A stretch of DNA of 64,000 nt from Candidatus Omnitrophota bacterium (GTDB taxonomy: Bacteria > Omnitrophota > Gorgyraeia > B26-G9). Positions 28,166 to 38,173 of the stretch are shown in pieces. The stretch is taken from NCBI GenBank assembly GCA_043826565.1, contig JBDRPX010000019.1, positions 5,369 through 69,368 of the forward strand, read 5' to 3'. Under the pieces are notes generated by a model. The model was not told where the DNA came from, made no database searches, and saw nothing but the letters and a program-made list of their open reading frames with translations. The position numbers were made by a program, and so were the translations under genes. Each line of letters begins with the position of its first letter. Within the stretch, counting starts at the first letter, position 1.

Positions 28166-28441
28166 TATAAAATAAAAACAAAGAAAATATTACAAAGTCT
28201 GAGAAAGAACCGAAAGATTTATAGAAAAAGCGAACCGTAGCGGTGCGCTTTTTTGTTATAGGATTTTAACTGTAGTAATATTAATGAGTTACAAAAATAA
28301 ATTTTTTGCAGAAATTTTTGCAAAAAATAATAATATGTGGTAAACTTTAAAGATTTTTTATAACTTAGCAAAGACAATTTTAAAAGTTAATTAAAAAAAG
28401 TTTTAATTTTTGATACAACTATAGGAAAAGGGTATTTACAG

Positions 28442-31400
28442 ATGTTTAAATCAAGAAAAATTACAAAGGTAATTGCTGGCATTGTTCTGCAGGTGTTTTT
28501 CTTTTCAAATTTTGCTTTGTGCGGGGATATGAATATGTCTCCTGATAGGGTGCGGAAATCAGATACCCTTGCCCCCCATATCGCGATAGGAATATCTTCG
28601 ATGCAGCAGATGTTTGCAGATACAGTATATCCTAGATGGTCAGCCGGCCGGCAGCAGCTTTCCGTAAATACCGGTGCTAGCGAGAAAGTTTCAACAATAC
28701 ATACCATAGATAATTTAAAACAAAAAGTTAAAGCCGGTAAATCAAAAGGAGTTATTTTGGTAGCCGGAGGCGCCGGATATATCGGAGGGCATACTGACCG
28801 TGCTTTAATGCAATCCGGTTATGATATTGTAATTTTGGATAACCTGGTAAATGGCCGGCGTTTTGTAGTTGAGCGTAATCAGGCTTATGCTCAGGATAAT
28901 GATAAAATTTGTGTTTTTGAACAAGCAGATTTAAAAAATAGTGAAGATGTTCTCAAAAAATATAAAGAAGCGGGAATACCGATTGTCGGAACAATTCATT
29001 TTGCGGCATACATTGAAGTGGGAGTGTCCGTAGAGCGTCCGTGTGTTTATGCTTTAAATAATATTATTAATACTCTCCGGCTGCTTTATGCCGCAAAGAA
29101 ATATGGAGTTAAAAATATTGTATTTTCTTCGTCAGCCGCTGTATATGGGACTCAGAAGAAAATGCCTCTAGAGGAAGGCCGAAGAAAGCACCCCACCAGC
29201 CCTTATGGATTTAATAAATGGGTTATGGAATTAATGATTAAATCATTCCAGAAGCTGGGTATGTCTTGGATTGCCTTGCGTTATTTTAATGCTGCCGGGG
29301 CTGCTTCCGACGGAGCTTTAGGAGAATCTCATCCTCTTCCGGATTCACATGTAATCAGAGCGGTTTTTCGTAGATTTTTAGATGGATTGGCCGCGGCAAT
29401 ATTCGGCCGGGATTATCCCACGGCTGACGGTACTTGTGAACGTGATTATATCCATGTTGAGGATTTGGCAGACGCGCATGTCCGGGCAATTGAAGCTTTA
29501 ATTAACGGAAAAAACCAGGAAGCAATTAACCGAGCATATAATGTCGGAACCGGTGAAGGTCTTTCTGTGTTGGAGATGATTGGTCTGATTACTAAACTAA
29601 TGGGTAAGGTAGTTAAAAAATTCTTTGTCCGGGAAGAAGCCCGTCGAGCTGGTGATCCGCCGGCTTTGGTCGCCGATTCCAGTGATATTCAAAGGAACCT
29701 GGGATGGAAAGCAATGCGTGATCCGCAGGTAATTGTAAAATCAGCGATTAAATGGGATATTTCTCCCCGTCAGCCGGAAGAAATTTATGAACCAAAGCCG
29801 CTTCCGAATATCTCAGAGTATGATGCTTATCAGGAAATCAAAAAAGTTTTAGCAGAAGATAAATTGCTGCCTTTGGGAGTAAAACTTTATATTAAGTGGA
29901 AACTTTTATGGGAGATTAGAACGGCATTAAAGCAGCGTTATGCTAAGGCGGTTAAGTTACTTAAGGCCAAACAGAAAATATATGCGGATAATTCTGACCT
30001 GCAGAAGATGATCAGTGCAAATCTTTTCTTGTTAGAAAAATATAAATGGATTAGCATTGCTGACTTAAGTTTGTTTGGTAAAGGATCAGCTTTTGAAAGA
30101 ATGGATTCTCTGCTTCGTTTTATCGAAAAAGTTCAATGGCCTAAATTAGATAAACTTCCGGAAGATAAAGCTGAGCGTGAGCAATATATTCTTCAAGATC
30201 CGATAGTTGCTGATTGTAAAGCCCAAGAAGCTGTAAAAAATACTTTTTCTTATGATCAGGGGCATGTATTTGATTATTGGCTTCAGTTAAGCAGTGAGGG
30301 AAAAAAGGAATTGTTGGGTTGTCTTACGGTGATTAATTTTGAAGAAGCGTTTAGGCTTTATCAGGAAAACGTAAAAAATAAACAGGATATTAAAGTTGAT
30401 TTCGAATCATTGCATGCGCCGTCAAATATGATGACTGCCGAAGAGGCATTGGCAAGTAATCAGCATTTAATGGCAAATGCTTTACGCATGGGTAAAGTCG
30501 CGGTTTATTTACTTGCCGGAGGCAGCGGAACGCGTTTAGATTATGACCATCCTAAAGGGATGTTTGAGTCCAGCCCATTAAGCGGAGCTTCTTTATATCA
30601 GCAGTTTGCGGATGAGGTTAGGGAGTTGGGTAATCGTTACGAAGCAAAAATACCTTTACTTGTGCAGACTAGTGAAGGCACGGATGAAGAAACAAAAGTA
30701 TTCTTTGCCAATAATAATGATTTTGGGATCCAGGATTCTACCCGGTTTGAACAGCAGCGGAGTTTTCCGGTATTTGATAAAGACGGAAAATTTATTCTGA
30801 CGACAAAGAGTTCTATTCAGATCGGCGGTTTTGGTCATGGAGATGTTACGGATTTTGTTTTACGGAAAAACGACGTGCGCGGCTGGCTGCAGGATAATTT
30901 TGGGACAAAATATGTACTCATGGTTCAGGTGGATAATCCGCTTGCGGTTAAGCAATTAGAGGCAATGTTAGCGGCGCATTTAAAGGATGAACAGCAGCGC
31001 GCATATAATGCTCCGGAAAATGCCGCACATATCAGTTATGGGCTTATTGAAAAACTGGCCCCGGATGACCGGTTGGGAAATCTGGCGGAAACTGAAGAGG
31101 GTTTGTGGCAGATGGTTGAGTATTCGGAAGTCGATCAGCTAAGTGAAGCGGCAAAAAAGAAGATTGTTTCTGATGTGGGCAGTCCGAATATTTTAATGAT
31201 AAGTTTAGACGGTTTAGATAAATTGCCGGCACTTTCAGTGCATGTTGACCGCGGCAAAAAAGTTTTTTCAATGCAGGCCGAGGGAAAGGTTCCCGGAGAT
31301 AAAATGGAAACATTTGTTTTTGATACCCGGGCTTATGGCGCGGCAGTGGTCTTACCTAGATACAGCTCGTTTGCTCCGACTAAGAAAAGAGAGCGTGATG

Positions 31401-33169
31401 CTGCCGGTGTTTTAGCTGATGAAAGCAGGCTTACTGCTGTGGCGGTGCAGTCATATCATCATGCTAAGCAGTTAGAGAAAAAAGGCTGGATAATGCCTGA
31501 TATAGTGGTAGAAGAGGTAGAGGGTAAGTTTGTCCAAAGATATTCGGCACTTGTAGAAATGACTCCGGAGTTTTCCATTGGACAGATTGGCAGTAACGGA
31601 TTTTTAAATCCAGATGGAGGAACTCTTTTCTTAAGCGGAAACAGAACACATATTGGAGATAATTGTCGGATAGAGGGTGGATTATATATTGATGTAAAAA
31701 AGACCGGGGGGCCGCTGGTTGGCGGCGTAGTAAATATCGGTGATAATGTAACTTTTAAAGGTAATGTAAAAATTACTGTGCATGGACATGGAGTAATTCA
31801 TATCCCTGCCGGAGTAACTGTTGATCATGATATTACGGTTTTTGACGGAGAAGTTGTAACCTTATTTAATGAGTCTTTTGAGGGAAGACGGAATAAGGAA
31901 GCGCTGCAGTTTGCCGAGATGATGTTTAAAGACAGCGCGTCTAGTCAGGCAGCGTATGAATTCTTAAAAACCAATAAAACCATTATTAATACTTTTGCCG
32001 GAACATTAAAGGTAGAGTTAGTTCCGGATACTGATCGTATTTCCTATTCCGTGATTATTTCCGCCCGGAATAAAAACAATGACGGCTGGCAAAGAGTCGG
32101 CAATCTGCCGTTTACTTATTTTAGTTCTTTTGAAAATGGCCGGCAAATGGTTACTTTTCCTGATGCAAATGATATTGTTGATGAAAAATGGGTGGGAGTG
32201 GTCGAAGATTATTTGATGATGTTTGCGCTTACTTTTGGAGCGTTTAACGGGGTGAGGTCGCAGGATATTGTTAATGACAGTATTGATCGTAATTTTCTTA
32301 TGCGTTTAGGCTATGATCAGGCAAATAAAATATCTAAGGCCGGAGAAAAGATTGAAGTGATCAGATTTAATCTGCGCGAATTTTCCGCGCTTATGGATCG
32401 AGAACGTTTAACCGAAAGCTCTGTACTGCCTCAACAGAAAAAACTAGGCAGAGTCGATGATGGTTTTGAGGTAGTCGATGAGGTAAAAGCAGTATTTATT
32501 GATATCGGCGGTGTTTTAATCGCGCATGATTTCAGGAAACAGGCAAAAAATCTTAAACAGGCAGCGGGAGATACTAAATATTCGGTTGAGTGGATTGAAG
32601 AACAGTTAAGAGATGAGAGATTTTTAGCGCCTTATGAAAGCGGGGTTATAGACACTCAGGAGTTTTATCGTAGAGTAAAAGCTTTGTTTGGTTGGAATAA
32701 GTTGAGCTATGAAGATTTTGTTAAAGCTTATTTGGATATATATAGTCCGAATCGGGATAATATTGCTGCCTTGCGCAGATTAAAATACGCAGGTTATGAA
32801 ATTTATCTGGTGACCAATGCTGGCCCTTTGGTAAAAGAATTTTGGATGGAAACTTTTCCGGAGATGCATAACTTAGCCGACGGTGTTATTGCTTCCTGTG
32901 AGGTCGGGGTAATGAAGCCGGTTAGAGCGATTTATAAAGGAGCATTAAGAGTTGCCGGAATAGCCGATCCCCGACAGGTTATTTATATTGATGATGTCTA
33001 TGCTAATATTATCGGTGCTGAATTAGAGAAGATGAATGCACTTAAGTATAATCGAGGAAGTGACCTGGGAAATCTGATAAACACTGAGTTTACGAGAATA
33101 ATAACGCATAGTACTGTGGCCCTGCAGCGTATTAAGCTGGCGGTCCAGCTGATCAGCCAGTCAATTTAA
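28442..33169 (+). CDS. 1575-aa multidomain protein: signal/anchor peptide + NAD-dependent UDP-sugar 4-epimerase (GalE-like) + eukaryotic-type UDP-sugar pyrophosphorylase (UAP1/AGX family) + left-handed β-helix + HAD-like hydrolase domain
   Basis: GalE region: 'VAGGAGYIGGHT' Rossmann motif and the 'YGFNKW' YxxxK catalytic motif. UAP1 region: 'VAVYLLAGGSGTRLDYDHPKGMFE' matches the UAP1/UGP 'L(L/N)GG(Q/L)GTRLG..PKG' signature. β-helix region: imperfect hexapeptide repeats around 'IGDNCRIEGG...VNIGDNVTFKGNVKI'. HAD region: 'VFIDIGGVLI', 'YLVTNAG', 'IYIDDV' HAD-like motifs. Confidence 0.75.
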   Translation: MFKSRKITKVIAGIVLQVFFFSNFALCGDMNMSPDRVRKSDTLAPHIAIGISSMQQMFADTVYPRWSAGRQQLSVNTGASEKVSTIHTIDNLKQKVKAGKSKGVILVAGGAGYIGGHTDRALMQSGYDIVILDNLVNGRRFVVERNQAYAQDNDKICVFEQADLKNSEDVLKKYKEAGIPIVGTIHFAAYIEVGVSVERPCVYALNNIINTLRLLYAAKKYGVKNIVFSSSAAVYGTQKKMPLEEGRRKHPTSPYGFNKWVMELMIKSFQKLGMSWIALRYFNAAGAASDGALGESHPLPDSHVIRAVFRRFLDGLAAAIFGRDYPTADGTCERDYIHVEDLADAHVRAIEALINGKNQEAINRAYNVGTGEGLSVLEMIGLITKLMGKVVKKFFVREEARRAGDPPALVADSSDIQRNLGWKAMRDPQVIVKSAIKWDISPRQPEEIYEPKPLPNISEYDAYQEIKKVLAEDKLLPLGVKLYIKWKLLWEIRTALKQRYAKAVKLLKAKQKIYADNSDLQKMISANLFLLEKYKWISIADLSLFGKGSAFERMDSLLRFIEKVQWPKLDKLPEDKAEREQYILQDPIVADCKAQEAVKNTFSYDQGHVFDYWLQLSSEGKKELLGCLTVINFEEAFRLYQENVKNKQDIKVDFESLHAPSNMMTAEEALASNQHLMANALRMGKVAVYLLAGGSGTRLDYDHPKGMFESSPLSGASLYQQFADEVRELGNRYEAKIPLLVQTSEGTDEETKVFFANNNDFGIQDSTRFEQQRSFPVFDKDGKFILTTKSSIQIGGFGHGDVTDFVLRKNDVRGWLQDNFGTKYVLMVQVDNPLAVKQLEAMLAAHLKDEQQRAYNAPENAAHISYGLIEKLAPDDRLGNLAETEEGLWQMVEYSEVDQLSEAAKKKIVSDVGSPNILMISLDGLDKLPALSVHVDRGKKVFSMQAEGKVPGDKMETFVFDTRAYGAAVVLPRYSSFAPTKKRERDAAGVLADESRLTAVAVQSYHHAKQLEKKGWIMPDIVVEEVEGKFVQRYSALVEMTPEFSIGQIGSNGFLNPDGGTLFLSGNRTHIGDNCRIEGGLYIDVKKTGGPLVGGVVNIGDNVTFKGNVKITVHGHGVIHIPAGVTVDHDITVFDGEVVTLFNESFEGRRNKEALQFAEMMFKDSASSQAAYEFLKTNKTIINTFAGTLKVELVPDTDRISYSVIISARNKNNDGWQRVGNLPFTYFSSFENGRQMVTFPDANDIVDEKWVGVVEDYLMMFALTFGAFNGVRSQDIVNDSIDRNFLMRLGYDQANKISKAGEKIEVIRFNLREFSALMDRERLTESSVLPQQKKLGRVDDGFEVVDEVKAVFIDIGGVLIAHDFRKQAKNLKQAAGDTKYSVEWIEEQLRDERFLAPYESGVIDTQEFYRRVKALFGWNKLSYEDFVKAYLDIYSPNRDNIAALRRLKYAGYEIYLVTNAGPLVKEFWMETFPEMHNLADGVIASCEVGVMKPVRAIYKGALRVAGIADPRQVIYIDDVYANIIGAELEKMNALKYNRGSDLGNLINTEFTRIITHSTVALQRIKLAVQLISQSI

Positions 33170-33352
33170 TTAAATAGAGAGAAAAAATAAGAAAAGTTTT
33201 ACTGATTTTTGATCGCTGTCTTCTGATTTTTGGAGTTTGACATATCCGGGGGATTTTGGGATAATCAGAAGGGGGACAGCACCTTTAAATTCACCGCTCC
33301 CGTTTTGGTTGATTACTAGTCGAGGAGCGGTTTTCTTATTTCTGAGGATAAT

Positions 33353-34384
33353 ATGAAAGAAGCGATAACAGGTTTTTTATTAGATGATTTAAAACAGCGC
33401 ATTATTGGTCTGGGACAGCCGGGGTACCGGGCTAAGCAGGTCTTAGAATGGGTATATAAGAAGAATGTGATTTCTTTTTCCCAAATGAAAAATATTCCTG
33501 CTGACTTAAAGCAGTTAATGGATGAAAAGTTTTGTGTAACCGATCTGATCACACAGGAGAAACTTGTTTCTAAAGACAAGACAGCAAAGTATCTTTTTCG
33601 GACGCATGATGGAGAACTTATTGAAGCAGTACTAATCCCTACGCAAAAAAGAACAACAGTGTGTATTTCTACACAAGCCGGCTGCGGGTACGGATGTACG
33701 TTTTGTGCCAGCGGTATCGGCGGTTTAAAACGTAATCTTTTTGTATCGGAGATTGTCAGTCAGGTGCTTTTAATAGAGCAGGATAATCCTCACCGGTCAA
33801 TTACCAATATTGTGATTATGGGTATGGGAGAGCCTTTGGCAAATTATGAGAATACGCTTAAGGCAGTGAGGATTATGAATAGCCCGGACGGGATAGGGAT
33901 CGCCGCGCGTAAAATAACTATCTCCACTTGCGGATTGCCGGAACAAATACTGCATCTTGCGCAGGAAGGGATTCAGGTGGAGTTATCGGTTTCTTTACAT
34001 GCGGCAAATGATGCTTTAAGAGATGACTTAATGCCGATAAATAAAAAATACAATATCGCGAAATTAATAAAGACTGTAAAAGAATACACCAAGCTTACGC
34101 ATCGGATAGTAACCTTTGAATATATAGTAATCGGCGGGGTTAATGACAGTAAAATAGATGCCCAGGGATTAGCCTCATTATTAAAGGGGGTTAGATGTAA
34201 GGTCAATCTTATTCCGTTTAACCCGGTTGAGGGATTAGCTTTCGATCCGCCGCGTCCGCTTAACATCGCGCAAATCGACCAGATGCTTAAAGACAGTTTA
34301 ATAAATGTAACGATAAGGCGTTCCCGCGGAGTAGATATTAAAGGTGCCTGCGGGCAATTACGAGCCGAAGTAGAGAGTAGATAG
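33353..34384 (+). CDS. rlmN: 23S rRNA m2A2503 methyltransferase (radical SAM)
   Basis: 'CISTQAGCGYGCTFCASG' radical-SAM motif and RlmN/Cfr family layout. Confidence 0.85.
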   Translation: MKEAITGFLLDDLKQRIIGLGQPGYRAKQVLEWVYKKNVISFSQMKNIPADLKQLMDEKFCVTDLITQEKLVSKDKTAKYLFRTHDGELIEAVLIPTQKRTTVCISTQAGCGYGCTFCASGIGGLKRNLFVSEIVSQVLLIEQDNPHRSITNIVIMGMGEPLANYENTLKAVRIMNSPDGIGIAARKITISTCGLPEQILHLAQEGIQVELSVSLHAANDALRDDLMPINKKYNIAKLIKTVKEYTKLTHRIVTFEYIVIGGVNDSKIDAQGLASLLKGVRCKVNLIPFNPVEGLAFDPPRPLNIAQIDQMLKDSLINVTIRRSRGVDIKGACGQLRAEVESR

Positions 34385-34387
34385 AAT

Positions 34388-34553
34388 ATATGAAAATTAT
34401 AAATTACAAATTACAACTGCCAAATTACAAACAAATTCCAATATACAAATAACAATAAACAAAAATATTTTGTGTTTTGAAATTTGGGAATTGTATATTG
34501 CTTGTAATTTGGATTTTGTTTATTGTAAATTAACAATTGCACTATTTATGAGG
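34388..34553. repeat. ~150-bp intergenic element, copy 2 (paralog of 4795-4950)
   Basis: Near-identical 45-nt block 'ttgggaattgtatattgcttgtaatttggattttgtttattgtaa', ending about 25 nt before the start codon of the NYN/YacP-like gene. Confidence 0.5.
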
Positions 34554-34558
34554 TTTTT

Positions 34559-35050
34559 ATGTCCCTCCACTATATAATTGATGGATATAATGTTATCAAG
34601 CAGGTTACTTTTTTAACCGGTAAAAAACTTAGAGACGGAAGAGACGGGCTGGTAAGATTTATTGAGAAATACCGTCCTCAGGGAAGCGCGAAGAATGAAG
34701 TAACGATTGTTTTTGACGGTAAAGCGGAGATCAGCAGCCCGGCGATACAATCATCCGTACAGGTTATCTTTAGTAAGAATGAGACCGCGGATGATAAGAT
34801 AAAAAGGATGGTAGAGTCTGCCGGTAATTCCCGGCAGATGGTTATTGTCAGTGATGATAAGGAAATCATGTTTTACTGCCGTTCTTTAGGGGCGAATGTA
34901 AAATCCGTAAAGGAGTTTTTAGATAGTTCTTTTGCGGCTAAGAACAGGCTCAAACCTGCGGAAAAAATAGAGAAGGCAGAATTAAGCAGTGATATAGCGG
35001 ATAAAATTACTGAAGATCTAAAAAAACTTTGGCTGAATAAAGAAAATTGA
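34559..35050 (+). CDS. NYN/YacP-like (PIN-related) putative ribonuclease
   Basis: 'LHYIIDGYNVI' N-terminal motif typical of the YacP/NYN domain. 163 aa. Confidence 0.6.
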   Translation: MSLHYIIDGYNVIKQVTFLTGKKLRDGRDGLVRFIEKYRPQGSAKNEVTIVFDGKAEISSPAIQSSVQVIFSKNETADDKIKRMVESAGNSRQMVIVSDDKEIMFYCRSLGANVKSVKEFLDSSFAAKNRLKPAEKIEKAELSSDIADKITEDLKKLWLNKEN

Positions 35051-35180
35051 AAGTTGAATATTGAAAGTAGATAGGCGAAAAAATATTTTTTTAATTTTAC
35101 AATTTTCAATGTTTAATTTTCTATAGTCAGTTTTTATTTTTTTACAATTCTCAACTTTCAACTGTCAATATTCATATTAT
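35050..35180. repeat. inverted 'TTGAAAGTTGA' repeat pair
   Basis: 'ttgaaagttgaatattgaaagt' ... 'caattctcaactttcaactgtcaatattc'. Confidence 0.45.
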
Positions 35181-36429
35181 GAATAAAACATATGACGTTA
35201 TTGTTGTTGGCGCTGGAGCATCCGGGATGATGGCTGCGGTACAGGCCGCGGAAAACGGTAATCGGGTTTTACTGTTGGAGAGAAATAAATCTCTGGGAAA
35301 AAAAGTTTTACTTACCGGGAACGGCCGCTGTAATCTTACCAATACCGCAGAACTTGGGGGATTTATTGAGCAAATCCCGGATTCCGGGAAGTTTCTTTAT
35401 AATGTTTTCAGCCAATTTTTTTCTGATGATCTTATTGGTTTTTTAAATAAATTCGGCCTAAAAACAAAAGTAGAAAATAATGGGAGAGTATTTCCGGTTA
35501 CGGATAATGCCGGGGATGTCGTTGATGTTTTTAAAGCTTCTCTTAAAAAAAATAATGTAACAATTAAGTTTAGCCGGCATGTAAGCGGCCTGATAATCGC
35601 GGATGGTTGTGCGCAGGGAGTTAAAACGGATTCCGGAGAAATATTTTCCGCACCGAGTGTAATAATTGCTGTTGGAGGGATGAGTTACCCGGAAACCGGT
35701 TCAACAGGTGATGGCTATGTTCTGGCTAAACAGGCACAGCATAAAATTATCCCGCCGTATCCGGGTTTAGTCGGATTGGATATAAAAGAATCATTTGTTA
35801 AGGAAGTGCAGGGAATCAGTCTGGATAAGGTGCAAATAACTCTAGTGGTAAAGGGAAAAAAGAAAGTTAGTAAATTTGGAGAGATGATCTTTACCCATTT
35901 TGGTGTTTCCGGGCCAATGATTTTGGATATTAGCACGTATATTCTAAAGGATGATTGCCCGGAACTGGTAATTGATTTTATGCCGGGATTTTCCCGGGAA
36001 GAGCTGTCTGCGTATATTGATGCGGCGATAAAAATTTCGCCGATTCAATTTTGCCGGAATTGTTTTAAGGAATTATTGCCGAAAAAATTTATTTACGCTT
36101 TAACTGATTATTTGGGGATTGCTGAAAGCAGAAAATTAAATCAGCTTACTAAAAAAGAAAAAACTTGCTTGATAAGTTCTTTGAAAGCGTTACAATTAAC
36201 AGTGAGAAGAACTCGCCCCTTAAAATATGCCATGGTTACCCGGGGAGGAGTATGTGTAAAAGAGATTGATCCGAAAACCATGGAATCAAAGAAGGTAAAA
36301 GGTTTATATTTTTGCGGCGAAGTGCTGGATATTGCCGGTTTGACCGGAGGGTATAACCTTCAGGCAGCTTTTTCAACAGGATATGCCGCGGGTAATGCCC
36401 AACTTAGGAGAGAATATAATGGGAAATAA
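35179..36429 (+). CDS. HI0933/BaiN-family NAD(FAD)-utilising flavoprotein
   Basis: 'YDVIVVGAGASGMMAA' dinucleotide fold and the 'GNGRCNLTN' family motif. Confidence 0.75.
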   Translation: MNKTYDVIVVGAGASGMMAAVQAAENGNRVLLLERNKSLGKKVLLTGNGRCNLTNTAELGGFIEQIPDSGKFLYNVFSQFFSDDLIGFLNKFGLKTKVENNGRVFPVTDNAGDVVDVFKASLKKNNVTIKFSRHVSGLIIADGCAQGVKTDSGEIFSAPSVIIAVGGMSYPETGSTGDGYVLAKQAQHKIIPPYPGLVGLDIKESFVKEVQGISLDKVQITLVVKGKKKVSKFGEMIFTHFGVSGPMILDISTYILKDDCPELVIDFMPGFSREELSAYIDAAIKISPIQFCRNCFKELLPKKFIYALTDYLGIAESRKLNQLTKKEKTCLISSLKALQLTVRRTRPLKYAMVTRGGVCVKEIDPKTMESKKVKGLYFCGEVLDIAGLTGGYNLQAAFSTGYAAGNAQLRREYNGK

Positions 36430-36700
36430 TTTTAATTCATTGATGATTGTAGGTAAGTTGACCCGTTTTTTCTGGTCTTTATTTACTTTTAATTTCTTTT
36501 TTGGCTGGATACTGTTTGGTTTTGTGCGCTGGATTATGTTCGGAGGAATTTTGCTGGGATTATTGATGATCCCGATGTTACTGGGAAAAAACATTATTTT
36601 TAAATCGGCTCAGAGCCGGCCGGAACAGCCATATCAACACCGGCGTAATAAAACGACAAGTGATATTATCGATGTAGAAGCGGAAGTTGTCGACGAATAA
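36419..36700 (+). CDS. small hydrophobic membrane protein (hypothetical)
   Basis: Two predicted TM helices. Start ATG overlaps the upstream stop (ATGGGAAATAA). Confidence 0.35.
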   Translation: MGNNFNSLMIVGKLTRFFWSLFTFNFFFGWILFGFVRWIMFGGILLGLLMIPMLLGKNIIFKSAQSRPEQPYQHRRNKTTSDIIDVEAEVVDE

Positions 36701-36799
36701 ATATTATCCTGTAGGGGCCGGGCTTGCCTCGGCCCGTTAAGAGGATTGACAAATATCCAATCTGCGTATACTATAGAGAAAAAAAGGAACTTTTTATCC

Positions 36800-37483
36800 A
36801 TGGGACGGACTTTAGCACTTATTATTGCCGCGCTGTTTTTATTAAGTAATTCTGTTTTTGCTATTCCTGCTGAAGGAGAATTCCTGCCGATAGCACATAA
36901 GAGTATATGGGGTGTGCAATTTAACAATATCTTTGCGCGTGATTTTAATAAAGTTGAAGGCAAAGCCGGAACCACGCAGTATTTTGTTAAGGCAAGTTAT
37001 GGTCTGAGTGAACGCCTGTTTATCGATGGTAAAATCGGTCTGGGCAAGGTGGTATTTAAGCGTAATGACGGCCTGAAATTAAATTTTCCCACGGGGTTTG
37101 CCGGAGGTTATGGATTCCGTTACTTATGCTATGACGATGCTCAAAAGAAAATAAAAGTTATTGCCGGGTTTCAGCATATCAGCTGTCATCCGTTTAAAGA
37201 TATCATAAGCAATATTAATCACCGGGTGATTTGGGATGAATGGCAGGGAACATTGTTATTAAAAAAAGATTTTGGTAAAACCGCAGTATATGCGGGGCCG
37301 CAATTAAGCTTAGCGCAGTTAAAATATAAGGTGGATGATTTTCGCCGGAGATTAAAGTCTGAAGATTCTCTCGGAGCGCTTTTAGGAATTGATTATCAGA
37401 TCGCGGAAAATGCCAGTGTGAATTTAGAATCCCGGATGTTTGATGAATGGGCGGTCAATATGGGTATGAGTTATCGGTTCTAG
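36800..37483 (+). CDS. small outer-membrane β-barrel protein (hypothetical)
   Basis: Signal peptide 'MGRTLALIIAALFLLSNSVFA'. Alternating amphipathic strands. C-terminal '...MSYRF'. Confidence 0.5.
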   Translation: MGRTLALIIAALFLLSNSVFAIPAEGEFLPIAHKSIWGVQFNNIFARDFNKVEGKAGTTQYFVKASYGLSERLFIDGKIGLGKVVFKRNDGLKLNFPTGFAGGYGFRYLCYDDAQKKIKVIAGFQHISCHPFKDIISNINHRVIWDEWQGTLLLKKDFGKTAVYAGPQLSLAQLKYKVDDFRRRLKSEDSLGALLGIDYQIAENASVNLESRMFDEWAVNMGMSYRF

Positions 37484-37524
37484 AGGGAGAACTTATTGTG
37501 AACAGTATATTTAGGTTTAAAAAA

Positions 37525-38154
37525 ATGCGTTTATATGCGGCATATCCGTTTGCGGCAATATATCTTTTTCTGGGGTATTGGTATGGAATGAGTTTTAGTA
37601 TCGGGGTATGGTGTATTATTTTAGGATTGATTATCCGTCTTTGGGCGGCCGGGTTTATTAAGAAGAAAAGAGAGCTGGCTGTTGCCGGGCCTTATGCAAT
37701 GGTGCGTAACCCTTTATATCTGGGGAATTTTTTGATGGGATTGGGGTTTTGTTTTTTTATCAGTAATCTGCTTGTTTCGCTGATTTATATAGCGTTATTT
37801 TTTGTTTTTTATACGGGAACGATACGGGATGAAGAGCTTCTTTTGACCCAGCTTTTTGGACAGGAATATCTTGATTATAAAGATAAAGTTCCTTCTTTAT
37901 TTCCGATGTTTAAGTCATATAAATCAAATCAGCCGGCGGCATATAGTGTTGCTCAGGTCGTGCGGAATGGGGAATTTATCCGGGTGGCGGCGACAGCGGT
38001 TGTGTTTTTCGCTCTTTATTTGCTGGAGTATTGCTGGCGCGGAGCGATCGTAAAAGATAAGTTGATAATACTTTGTTTGATGTTTGCGGCTGTTTTTGGA
38101 TTGCTGGTTCTAAGTATAATCCATCGCAAGAAATTTTCGAACAACCAACAATAG
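37525..38154 (+). CDS. isoprenylcysteine carboxyl methyltransferase (ICMT/PEMT) family membrane methyltransferase
   Basis: 'PYAMVRNPLYLGNFL' matches the RHPxYxG family motif. Polytopic. Start uncertain: ATG 37525 or GTG 37498. Confidence 0.55.
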   Translation: MRLYAAYPFAAIYLFLGYWYGMSFSIGVWCIILGLIIRLWAAGFIKKKRELAVAGPYAMVRNPLYLGNFLMGLGFCFFISNLLVSLIYIALFFVFYTGTIRDEELLLTQLFGQEYLDYKDKVPSLFPMFKSYKSNQPAAYSVAQVVRNGEFIRVAATAVVFFALYLLEYCWRGAIVKDKLIILCLMFAAVFGLLVLSIIHRKKFSNNQQ

Positions 38155-38173
38155 TAATAGTCGAAATGAGATC

